A stretch of DNA of 57,423 nucleotides from a virus. Below are positions 43,611 through 51,465 of this stretch, piece by piece; positions within the stretch are counted from its first letter, which is position 1; every line of letters starts with the position of its first letter. The notes beneath the pieces are model-generated. The model made no database searches. It saw only the letters and a list, made by a program, of their open reading frames with translations, and was not told the origin of the DNA. Made by a program: the position numbers and the translations under genes. The DNA is taken from IMG/VR virus record IMGVR_UViG_3300045988_081621; one strand, 5' to 3'.

Positions 43611-44558
43611 TTATTGAGCGAGGCATGATAAAACAGCATATTCAAGAGCTATATCTTCATCTATAGTTCCCATCTTAATCCCGGACTCTATTTCCTGACA
43701 TTTAAGCATATTTCTTTTAACTTCTGCTATACTATATCCTCCTACATTCTTAGTACAGCCATACAACTCTCCTTTTGTCATTCCAGTTCTTTCCATAGCA
43801 CCTTGCTTATTACTTCCTAATCCTTGATATGCTAATAAGTTTCTAAATCCATTATATAAGATTGATACAATCATCATAGCAGGCTCACCTTTTCTTTTAG
43901 CTTCATCAAGTTTCTGTATAGCTGTTTCTATGTACCCACCTAATACTGCATTAGTTAATTCAAAGGTTATATCTCCTATTTCTTTATGAAATAATCCTTG
44001 TTTATCTAGTTGAACAAAACAACTATCAATGGTTAAGTCAGTTCTAACAGACATATACTGCTTGACCTTATCAATTTCCATTAGTATTCTTCCATAATCA
44101 TAATTGCAATATTCAACTAACTTGCTTGAATTTTTCTCACTTAAATCGGGTAAATCTTTAGATATGTATGTTTGTAGCACCTCTTTACTCAAACGTGCAA
44201 ATTCAACTAAATTTTGTTGATTCTTCTTTACAAACGCTGAATGCTTATCTAAGCTATGGTATCTAAGAATGATATAATCTTTAGTTGATGTATTTCGTAC
44301 AGTTTCCCAACTATCCTCAGCCTTTAAAAATGCCATATCATCTTGAACTACATATAATCTAACAGATTTATCAAACCTTTTCTTATTTATATTCTGCATT
44401 ACATATGATACTGAATCTGCACTTATACGTTTAGTATTTGTAACTTCTAATATATGTGTTAGATATATATTTAGAATTGTCTGCTCTTCCCCAAATAATA
44501 TCAAAAAGTGCGGAATATCATTGGATGAGATACGTTTCATTAAATCTACAAGCTCCAT
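43611..44558 (-). CDS. holA: Clamp-loader delta-subunit-like protein
   Basis: 315 aa. The N-terminus HFLILFGEEQTIL resembles HolA. Lies in the same operon as dnaX and the delta-prime-like gene. The call is tentative. Confidence 0.45.
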   Translation of the reverse strand: MELVDLMKRISSNDIPHFLILFGEEQTILNIYLTHILEVTNTKRISADSVSYVMQNINKKRFDKSVRLYVVQDDMAFLKAEDSWETVRNTSTKDYIILRYHSLDKHSAFVKKNQQNLVEFARLSKEVLQTYISKDLPDLSEKNSSKLVEYCNYDYGRILMEIDKVKQYMSVRTDLTIDSCFVQLDKQGLFHKEIGDITFELTNAVLGGYIETAIQKLDEAKRKGEPAMMIVSILYNGFRNLLAYQGLGSNKQGAMERTGMTKGELYGCTKNVGGYSIAEVKRNMLKCQEIESGIKMGTIDEDIALEYAVLSCLAQ

Positions 44559-44767
44559 GTTTTATTTCCTCCTGTTACTCCATAGCATGGGCATGGTGGT
44601 GCTAAAGTGATAGGTACAAAGGTTACAAGATATATAATATGAGTAGGATATTTAGCTTTTAGACAGTTCATTTTCTTTATTGCCATTGATTTATTCTGAT
44701 AAGCCCCACCTCTGGCATTAAAATACATCCGTTCTTCTGTCAGGTCTTTTATAGTATATAATTCCAT
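44546..44767 (-). CDS. Hypothetical protein
   Basis: 73-aa ORF. Confidence 0.5.
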   Translation of the reverse strand: MELYTIKDLTEERMYFNARGGAYQNKSMAIKKMNCLKAKYPTHIIYLVTFVPITLAPPCPCYGVTGGNKTWSL

Positions 44768-45135
44768 TAAAATAGCTTTCCTTTCTTTTTAGGTGTTTGC
44801 TGGGTTACATGAACAGCTTCAGGAAATGAGTTATGATGGATAATATGATAAGTAATATGATATAGATATTCTTTATCATGCTCATTAAGATTATAATACA
44901 AATAAAATCCGGTGCTTCCATCAAAATCATTCCCGAAAGCATATCCATATTCTGTATCTGATATATCCCCATGCTCCTTATGCATACTCACAAGCTGTTT
45001 ACAGTATTTATCAAATAATGAGTCATCTATTAGATTTTGGCTTAACTCATAATAAGCTATAGAAAGTATTATTATTTTTCTTTGTAGAAAATTGATACAA
45101 GTGAGTTTATCCCATCTTCTTGGAAATTTTTGCAT
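44767..45135 (-). CDS. Hypothetical protein
   Basis: Start trimmed to MQKFPRR (GAGGTG upstream). Confidence 0.5.
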   Translation of the reverse strand: MQKFPRRWDKLTCINFLQRKIIILSIAYYELSQNLIDDSLFDKYCKQLVSMHKEHGDISDTEYGYAFGNDFDGSTGFYLYYNLNEHDKEYLYHITYHIIHHNSFPEAVHVTQQTPKKKGKLF

Positions 45136-45370
45136 TTTTAAGCACCTCATCAATATACTTCTGACAAGCTTTTATACAATCTTCTTGAGTTTTAAATTCT
45201 ATTCCATCCCATAAGCTACTGTACATTATATTTCTTTCATCATTGGAATTTAGATGGTAATGCCAAACATCTAAATTTGGTAAATAACTTATAAGACATT
45301 CAAACTTTTTATATTTACCTTTATAAATTTTATTTGTATAATAATTTGGTGTAACATCTTTAAGCCTCAT
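45107..45370 (-). CDS. Hypothetical protein
   Basis: 87-aa ORF with GGAGG upstream. Confidence 0.5.
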   Translation of the reverse strand: MRLKDVTPNYYTNKIYKGKYKKFECLISYLPNLDVWHYHLNSNDERNIMYSSLWDGIEFKTQEDCIKACQKYIDEVLKNAKISKKMG

Positions 45371-46161
45371 TTTTTAATTTCCTCCAACATTCTAATAAGC
45401 ATACCTTCTATACTTGATTTCTTGTTTATTGTATTTCTGGTTAGCTCCTGCTTACATATAAATATAGCTCTTAAGCATTCAAATGACTTATATATAAGTG
45501 CATTTGCCTGTGCATTATACAATCTTTTTTGAAATACTTTAAAAAATAATAAGCAATCAATCTTATCTGTCTCTGTCTGTTTAGCTTTTAACTGTGTACA
45601 AGCTTTCAATAATTTAGCACCACTCTTTTCCCTCAGAGCCTTTAATACATCATCTACACAATCTTCTGTTCTCTGCACTTCTTCATGTGCAACTTGTAGT
45701 TCACCTATATTAGTGCAGTACTCAAGCTTTAATTCATCATCACTAACAGAACGCAATTCCTGTATTGAATAAGGTTCCATTTTAATAACTGTTCCCCTAC
45801 TTCTAATAGTACCTAGCATATTATCAATATTATGAACTGTCATTATAAAATAAGCATTATTAGGTGGTTCCTCCACAACTTTAAGAAGTGCGTTTTTTGC
45901 TTCATTTTTCATATCATCCGCATTCCTAAAAATATAACAAGTTGGTTCTGTAATAGTATAAGCATTTTCTATTGTTTCTCGGACTTCTGCAATACTATTT
46001 CCCATAATTATACCCTTAGCATTTATCATTTTTATAATGATTTTTGCAAGTGTCAATCTTCCACTTCCTTGTGACCCTGATATTATTATGAATCTGGGAA
46101 CTGACTTATTACATCTCCACTGAATAAGAGTTTGAATATTATTTTTCTGCCCAATCATCAT
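45367..46161 (-). CDS. holB: Clamp-loader delta-prime-like AAA+ protein
   Basis: Degenerate P-loop GSQGSGRLT. The segment LLKVVEEPPNNAYFIMTVHNIDNMLGTIRSRG matches the delta-prime/gamma box VII and SRC region. Start trimmed to 46161. Confidence 0.6.
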   Translation of the reverse strand: MMIGQKNNIQTLIQWRCNKSVPRFIIISGSQGSGRLTLAKIIIKMINAKGIIMGNSIAEVRETIENAYTITEPTCYIFRNADDMKNEAKNALLKVVEEPPNNAYFIMTVHNIDNMLGTIRSRGTVIKMEPYSIQELRSVSDDELKLEYCTNIGELQVAHEEVQRTEDCVDDVLKALREKSGAKLLKACTQLKAKQTETDKIDCLLFFKVFQKRLYNAQANALIYKSFECLRAIFICKQELTRNTINKKSSIEGMLIRMLEEIKK

Positions 46162-46360
46162 CCAGCGCCTCCAATTCAAACTCAGATAAAGCATGATATA
46201 AATTGAAATTATAGTTACCTATACTTTTGTTAGGGTCATAATTCTCAAGCAAACAACAATATGGCACATTATCCTCCTCTAAAACTACGACAATATTTCC
46301 AGGTTTAAAATTATTCATACTATCAGCTAATACTCTGCACTTTGTTCCTGCTTTTATCAT
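46139..46360 (-). CDS. Hypothetical protein
   Basis: Start trimmed to MIKAGTK (AAGGAG upstream). Confidence 0.5.
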   Translation of the reverse strand: MIKAGTKCRVLADSMNNFKPGNIVVVLEEDNVPYCCLLENYDPNKSIGNYNFNLYHALSEFELEALDDDWAEK

Positions 46361-46361
46361 A

Positions 46362-47384
46362 TTAACTCTCCTTTCCACAATAAATCAAAATAGATAATTC
46401 TATTAAAGTCTTAGGGTCACTATCCCATTTAATCTGACTATTCAAAGAAACTACAAAGTCCATAACATTAAAAATATTTTCATTGCATAATCCTTCAAGC
46501 TCGGGTTCCATCGAATTTGGCAAGCTAATATATTTGAAGGTTTTGAACATACAATATTTTTCAACTTCCAAAATAAATTTTGCAAATTCCTTCATAAACA
46601 ATTTTACATCTTTTCCACTATTATAAATATCCTCTATAATCTGTACACCAGAAGTTCCATCTTTGTTTACTAGAGCATAAAGCATTTGAATAAATGTATC
46701 ATAATCTTCTGCACCTATAGTTTTTAATACATTTTCCAATGTTAAAACATCTGACAAAGATAAGCACTTATCCATCAATGTGATAGCGTCTCTCATACCC
46801 CCATTTGATACCTTAGCTATATATTCAATGGCGTCAAGGTCATAATGAATATTGGAAACATCGTTCTCCTGTTGAATGATGGAGATTAACCTATCTACAA
46901 TACCTTCATTACTTATCTTCTGAAAGTTGTATCTCTGCACTCTTGAAAGAATTGTTGCAGGTACTTTCTGAGGGTCAGTAGTGCAGAAAATGAAAATAGT
47001 AAATTTTGGTGGTTCTTCAAGTGTCTTGAGTAATGCCTGCCAAGCTCCGTTTGACAATGAATGGCACTCGTCCACTATAAATATTTTATATTCTGCATCA
47101 AGTGGTTTTCGCTTTGCGTCCTCTATAATCTGTCTGATATTATCTACTCCGCTATTGCTTGCGGCATCCACTTCAATAGGATTTCCTTTCCCTGCATTTA
47201 TCATATTAGCAAATATTCTGGCACTTGTAGTTTTACCTGTTCCAGCAGGCCCCGTAAAAAGATAACCATGCTGAAAGGTCTTTGTCTCTAACTGATTCAT
47301 TAATATGTCTTTGATTGCACTCTGCTCAGTCATATCCTCGAATACTTTTGGTCGATATTTTACTGCTAATGCTTCCTTTGCCAT
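46362..47384 (-). CDS. dnaX: DNA polymerase III gamma/tau-like clamp-loader ATPase
   Basis: Walker A GPAGTGKTT, Walker B IVDECH, plus LKTLEEPP and ILSRVQRY. Confidence 0.85.
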   Translation of the reverse strand: MAKEALAVKYRPKVFEDMTEQSAIKDILMNQLETKTFQHGYLFTGPAGTGKTTSARIFANMINAGKGNPIEVDAASNSGVDNIRQIIEDAKRKPLDAEYKIFIVDECHSLSNGAWQALLKTLEEPPKFTIFIFCTTDPQKVPATILSRVQRYNFQKISNEGIVDRLISIIQQENDVSNIHYDLDAIEYIAKVSNGGMRDAITLMDKCLSLSDVLTLENVLKTIGAEDYDTFIQMLYALVNKDGTSGVQIIEDIYNSGKDVKLFMKEFAKFILEVEKYCMFKTFKYISLPNSMEPELEGLCNENIFNVMDFVVSLNSQIKWDSDPKTLIELSILIYCGKES

Positions 47385-47386
47385 TA

Positions 47387-47716
47387 TTATAATTCCTCCT
47401 TGAATTTTAAATATTCTAAAAATTGTCTTTCATTTAATACATACATATCAGTTTTATCATCAGGTGAAAATCTAAAAGCTAATACAGCTTCTTCCTTTCC
47501 CTGTTCAAATGCTTGCTCATTCATTTTTTCAAGCCAGTTTTTCATAATAGTAAAAGATTTTCTTTCTATTGCTGGGGTTTTAGCCTCTATAAAGAATTTA
47601 TCTGTATGTACATCACCTCCGCCGAATTTTGTTCCTCCGGAATTGCTTTGTACTTTACCACCGGTTACTTTTGCTATATGCTGTTCTTGCTTATCTGAAT
47701 AATCTCTAGTTGTCAT
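47387..47716 (-). CDS. PD-(D/E)xK nuclease (Holliday-junction-resolvase-like)
   Basis: 109 aa. GGDVHTDKFFIEAKT supplies D...ExK. Confidence 0.5.
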   Translation of the reverse strand: MTTRDYSDKQEQHIAKVTGGKVQSNSGGTKFGGGDVHTDKFFIEAKTPAIERKSFTIMKNWLEKMNEQAFEQGKEEAVLAFRFSPDDKTDMYVLNERQFLEYLKFKEEL

Positions 47717-47915
47717 CTCGTATTATCGCTCCATTCTCAATTTGTCCTATAGATATCGGTGTATTGGAATCCCACCACCTATTATTGATATGAATTGAAT
47801 TATTTACACAGCCCATAGTCAAATAAAACTCTTTGCTTGTATCGTATTGCTTAGCAATATCTCTTATTTCTTTTACATGCTGTAAAATAAGCATTTCACA
47901 TTCTTCTCTATTCAT
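47706..47915 (-). CDS. Hypothetical protein
   Basis: Start trimmed to MNREECEM, preceded by GAGAGGAAATATAAG, a variant of the conserved initiation region. Confidence 0.45.
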   Translation of the reverse strand: MNREECEMLILQHVKEIRDIAKQYDTSKEFYLTMGCVNNSIHINNRWWDSNTPISIGQIENGAIIRDDN

Positions 47916-47954
47916 CTTATATTTCCTCTCATTCTCAATTTGTTCTAGCACTAT

Positions 47955-48128
47955 TTAGATATTAGAATCACTAGCAGAATTTACTTCAATACGGCTTTGT
48001 GGCAATCTGTCAAACTTTTCCAAGGCATATTTTTCTACTTCTTCTCTTGAAATATCTATACCAAAATTTCTCAATGCTTCTTTAGATGGCGATTGATACT
48101 CTGATAAAGGATTGTCAATATTGAACAT
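47955..48128 (-). CDS. Small hypothetical protein (57 aa)
   Basis: ATG at 48128 preceded by GGAGGAAATATAAA. Confidence 0.4.
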   Translation of the reverse strand: MFNIDNPLSEYQSPSKEALRNFGIDISREEVEKYALEKFDRLPQSRIEVNSASDSNI

Positions 48129-48148
48129 TTTATATTTCCTCCTTTCAT

Positions 48149-48220
48149 TTACTTATAATAGTTCCAAATAACTATACATGCAATAATCAGTAACACAAAC
48201 GAAATAAATAATTGAATCAT
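48149..48220 (-). CDS. Possible 23-aa hydrophobic peptide
   Basis: ATG at 48220 preceded by the same GGAGGAAATATAAA. Translates MIQLFISFVLLIIACIVIWNYYK. Confidence 0.3.
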   Translation of the reverse strand: MIQLFISFVLLIIACIVIWNYYK

Positions 48221-48233
48221 TTTATATTTCCTC

Positions 48234-48425
48234 CTAAAAGTTAAGCTTCTTTCCAAATTGTATTGATTGCAGTGTAGGCTCATTATAATGACACGATACC
48301 TCGGTAACCACTGCAATTACATAATTGTCCTTTATAACATCATCATCCGGGAATGTCTGATTAATAGCCTCAATCAATTCTTTTTTTGTTACTCTTCTTG
48401 TAGAGTTACTTGCAATACTTTCCAT
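48234..48425 (-). CDS. Hypothetical protein
   Basis: 63 aa, preceded by the same GGAGGAAATATAAA initiation region. Confidence 0.5.
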   Translation of the reverse strand: MESIASNSTRRVTKKELIEAINQTFPDDDVIKDNYVIAVVTEVSCHYNEPTLQSIQFGKKLNF

Positions 48426-48426
48426 T

Positions 48427-48963
48427 TTATATTTCCTCCCATTCTTTTATTGCAGATTTAATTACCCAACCCGTCCAACTTATATCATCTATCTGTTCCA
48501 TAATGTGATTTAATTTTTCTTTTGCTTCTTCCTCACTCTCTATTCTTATTAGTCCTACTTTTTCACTACACCCTGGGCCTATTCCATAAAGTTTAGAAAT
48601 CGGATTAGTCAATGTCTTACCACATACAAGACATCTTGATGTAGGTTCTGCTTTGCCTTGTAAATTCATATAATACATTCCCCTTGTTTCTTTTATAACT
48701 TCACCCTGCATGATACAAAGTGGCATTGGCTTGCCATTATTCCATTTATCTTGAAAATCAAAATTTGGTGTAGCAGGTTCTGTCATATATTTCTTAACAG
48801 TGATTTTATATGATTTTCCTACTTCCATCTTTTGAGCTGATGGACATATATAATCTTCTGTATTTATCTCTTTTCTTTTTCCTTCAAGGATAAACTCAAA
48901 TGGTTTACTCTCTTCAAAATCCATTTCACTGTACCTATGAATTTGTTTAAATATTTCTTTCAT
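48427..48963 (-). CDS. Hypothetical protein with DUF6011-like zinc ribbon
   Basis: CLVCGKTLTNPISKLYGIGPGC motif. The start is uncertain: either the ATG at 48963 or the TTG at 48987. Confidence 0.5.
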   Translation of the reverse strand: MKEIFKQIHRYSEMDFEESKPFEFILEGKRKEINTEDYICPSAQKMEVGKSYKITVKKYMTEPATPNFDFQDKWNNGKPMPLCIMQGEVIKETRGMYYMNLQGKAEPTSRCLVCGKTLTNPISKLYGIGPGCSEKVGLIRIESEEEAKEKLNHIMEQIDDISWTGWVIKSAIKEWEEI

Positions 48964-48977
48964 TTCTTTACTCTTTC

Positions 48978-49154
48978 TTAATTCCAATATCTATCTGAAT
49001 CCATCACTTCAAGTGCTTTCTGTAATGAATCTGTTCTTTCCATTGTTCCATTTACATAAATTATAAATGCTCCAAAATCATCTTTCCAAATATAATTGCC
49101 ATTATTATCTTCCCATCTATCGTGTCTTACCTGCTTTAATGTTGTATGTGTCAT
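48978..49154 (-). CDS. Small hypothetical protein (58 aa), first ORF after promoter copy 7
   Basis: ATG at 49154 preceded by CAGGAGGACATAAAA, identical to the initiation region of the ORF at 57314. Confidence 0.45.
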   Translation of the reverse strand: MTHTTLKQVRHDRWEDNNGNYIWKDDFGAFIIYVNGTMERTDSLQKALEVMDSDRYWN

Positions 49155-49195
49155 TTTTATGTCCTCCTGTTTTTTATGTATTTCTTATTTACAAG

Positions 49196-49255
49196 TATAT
49201 TGTAATACATAAAACTATATTTGTCAATAGTTTTTTATAAAAATACATAAAAAAA
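49196..49255 (-). promoter_or_regulatory. Early-promoter cassette, copy 7
   Basis: TTGACA (49222-49227), 17 nt, TACAAT (49199-49204). The 59-mer is identical to 1-59. Confidence 0.75.
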
Positions 49256-49282
49256 GTTACCCACAATTTAATGTGGATAACT
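49249..49282 (-). terminator. Intrinsic terminator of the RecA/ART operon, stem built from DnaA-box sequences
   Basis: Arms agttacccaca (49255-49265) and tgtggataact (49272-49282) with one mismatch, followed on the minus strand by the T-run shared with promoter copy 7. Confidence 0.6.
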
Positions 49283-49291
49283 TGTGGATAA
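49257..49291. promoter_or_regulatory. Cluster of three DnaA-box sequences
   Basis: ttacccaca (49257-49265, one mismatch to TTATCCACA), tgtggataa (49272-49280, perfect reverse) and tgtggataa (49283-49291, perfect, 11 bp from the previous copy). Confidence 0.55.
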
Positions 49292-49299
49292 AAAATAAT

Positions 49300-49788
49300 C
49301 TACTGTTGTTTGATATAAACATATTTTCTTCCATCTCTAACTTCCATGTCCAATACCTTATATTTTCCTCCTGATATATGCTCTTGTTGATTTTCAAAAT
49401 ATTGATTTCTATAATGTTTATTTACTTGTAATGAATTTTTCTTTCCAAGCATTACAAATACAGCAGGCTTATTTCCTCCTAATCCTTCCTCTTCTATAGA
49501 CTCGTTTACAAAAGAACGCCTAGAAGAAAATCCTCTATAATTTCCATTGAATTGGAAAATTTGTCCTTTCTCTAATTTGTCTGCAGTATAATTAGAATCT
49601 TCCACTCGGTATAATTTTTGTTCGGTTGCCTCCATATGGTTTTTCAAATAATCCAGAGCCTTTTTAGACATTGCTTCCGAAGGTGAACCATAACCTCCCC
49701 CAACATACGTCTCTAATTCATTTGCAAACTCAGAAGATGTCATTGCTTTAGATGAACCTTTTCCACTACCTGAGCTTCTTCCACCCAT
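49300..49788 (-). CDS. Small ADP-ribosyltransferase-like protein (R-S-E type), tentative
   Basis: 162 aa. KLYRVED (Arg), YRGFSSRRS (STS-like) and FENQQEHISGG (QxE-like) occur in the expected order and spacing. Gly/Ser-rich N-terminus. Confidence 0.45.
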   Translation of the reverse strand: MGGRSSGSGKGSSKAMTSSEFANELETYVGGGYGSPSEAMSKKALDYLKNHMEATEQKLYRVEDSNYTADKLEKGQIFQFNGNYRGFSSRRSFVNESIEEEGLGGNKPAVFVMLGKKNSLQVNKHYRNQYFENQQEHISGGKYKVLDMEVRDGRKYVYIKQQ

Positions 49789-49814
49789 ATTTAATCAACT
49801 CCTTTCTTTTTATA

Positions 49815-50459
49815 TTATACATTATAATTTACAAAACTACAAGATGTATCTATATATGATTTTAGTTTATCATAACTTTTTTTAGGACATCTCAATAATA
49901 TATGACTAGGTTGCAATCTTTTTTCCATATATTTAGCACAATATATAAAATTATCAAATACCTGTGGATTCTTAATACTCCCCACTGCTGATAGCATAAT
50001 AACACTATCTTTTGGCATTCCATCAAGACACCATTCTAAACTATCCTTTGTTGACCAATTAGGGGATGGAATAACTGTAATTCCTTGCATTTGACACATT
50101 CTGGCAAACCACAAATTCCGATAATGATTAAATCTTTGCAATGGCTCAGGCATATCTGTATAAAGGCTAAAATCTGGCATCACAATTCCTTTATATTCTT
50201 TTAGTACATCAATATACCGTTGAGGATTATTCCATATTCTGTTAAATAAATAATCTTGTATATAAAAATGCACAAAATAATCTTTATCTTGATGGGATAA
50301 GGCATAATTAAAAGGTAACGTTCTTAATCCTCGTCTTGGTATAGATAACGACTTTAAGGGTTCCAATATTGGGAACCCTTTATCTGTAAATTCCATTTCA
50401 AATGGTGTCTTATACCAGTTCAATATATCCTGTCCATTTAGATATGCATTACTCTTCAT
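49815..50459 (-). CDS. DUF4417-like protein
   Basis: 214 aa. HFYIQDYLFNRIWNNPQRY...MPDFSLYTDMPEPLQRFNHYRNLW...GITVIPSPNW matches my memory of the DUF4417 signature. Confidence 0.45.
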   Translation of the reverse strand: MKSNAYLNGQDILNWYKTPFEMEFTDKGFPILEPLKSLSIPRRGLRTLPFNYALSHQDKDYFVHFYIQDYLFNRIWNNPQRYIDVLKEYKGIVMPDFSLYTDMPEPLQRFNHYRNLWFARMCQMQGITVIPSPNWSTKDSLEWCLDGMPKDSVIMLSAVGSIKNPQVFDNFIYCAKYMEKRLQPSHILLRCPKKSYDKLKSYIDTSCSFVNYNV

Positions 50460-51465
50460 TTAGTAATTTCTCCAATTTTGAATAGAAATCTGTATAGTTA
50501 TCATTTTCTTTTAGGTACTCAACTAGCTTTGATTTACCTTGATATTTGCTTAATACTTCGCCTGTTTCAATATCAACTAAAGAGAACCATGCCCCGCCTT
50601 GTACAACTAATCCCATCTTGATAGCTACATCAACTGCATCTGATACATAATCAATTCCTTCAAGATATTTCAGAGTGTAGAAACCTACTTTTCTATCGGG
50701 TCTGCATACTTTAGATTTCACTAATGCTACATTTACTATATTTCCTGCTGGGTTTTCACAAGCTCTTGAAAGATTATTACCTTTTTCATCAATGTAATTT
50801 CCTTTTCTAAATTCAAGACGAGTGCTACAACCATGTCTCCAGCATTTTCCACCTGTAGTAGTAGTTCCACCATAAGGGCTATTCATGTCATCTCTCGCCT
50901 GATTTATGCCAATAAAGCTTGTTTGTGTTCTTGAAAGAAGTGGAGTTATCTTTTTAGTAAATTCCGTGAGTGCCATACTTACTCCGCCATATGTTCTTTC
51001 TCCTATCTGCTTTTCATTTGCTTGCATTGATACCATAGCACCTATTGAATCTAAAATACCTAGGCTTATTTCTCCGCTATCTATTAGTTCTATCGTCATG
51101 TTAAAGACTTCTTCTGCTCCCATACTATCAGGGTCAAGATAGATTATATCGTCACAGTTCAATCCTAACTTTGTTGCCCAACAAGAATCAAAGGTATGTT
51201 CAATATCTACAAATAACACTTTTTTATCTGGAAACATTTTTTGAGCATTTCCAGCTACATCAATAGCAGTGGTAGTCTTTCCGCTTCCATCTGCTCCATA
51301 AAACTCTGCTATTCTCCCAACTGGAATACCCCCATATGTCATATAGTTTAATCTGCATGATGAAAAAGGAATCTTCTGTACTTCCTGAAAATCAACTCCA
51401 AGCTGAATATTTCCTACTTTCATTTTCTTATTTAAGTCTTTTATAATTAAATCAAGATTACTCAT
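50449..51465 (-). CDS. recA: RecA-family recombinase
   Basis: 338 aa. Walker A YGADGSGKTT and a RecA-like core with L2-like QARDDMNSPYGGTTTTGG. Confidence 0.8.
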   Translation of the reverse strand: MSNLDLIIKDLNKKMKVGNIQLGVDFQEVQKIPFSSCRLNYMTYGGIPVGRIAEFYGADGSGKTTTAIDVAGNAQKMFPDKKVLFVDIEHTFDSCWATKLGLNCDDIIYLDPDSMGAEEVFNMTIELIDSGEISLGILDSIGAMVSMQANEKQIGERTYGGVSMALTEFTKKITPLLSRTQTSFIGINQARDDMNSPYGGTTTTGGKCWRHGCSTRLEFRKGNYIDEKGNNLSRACENPAGNIVNVALVKSKVCRPDRKVGFYTLKYLEGIDYVSDAVDVAIKMGLVVQGGAWFSLVDIETGEVLSKYQGKSKLVEYLKENDNYTDFYSKLEKLLNEE

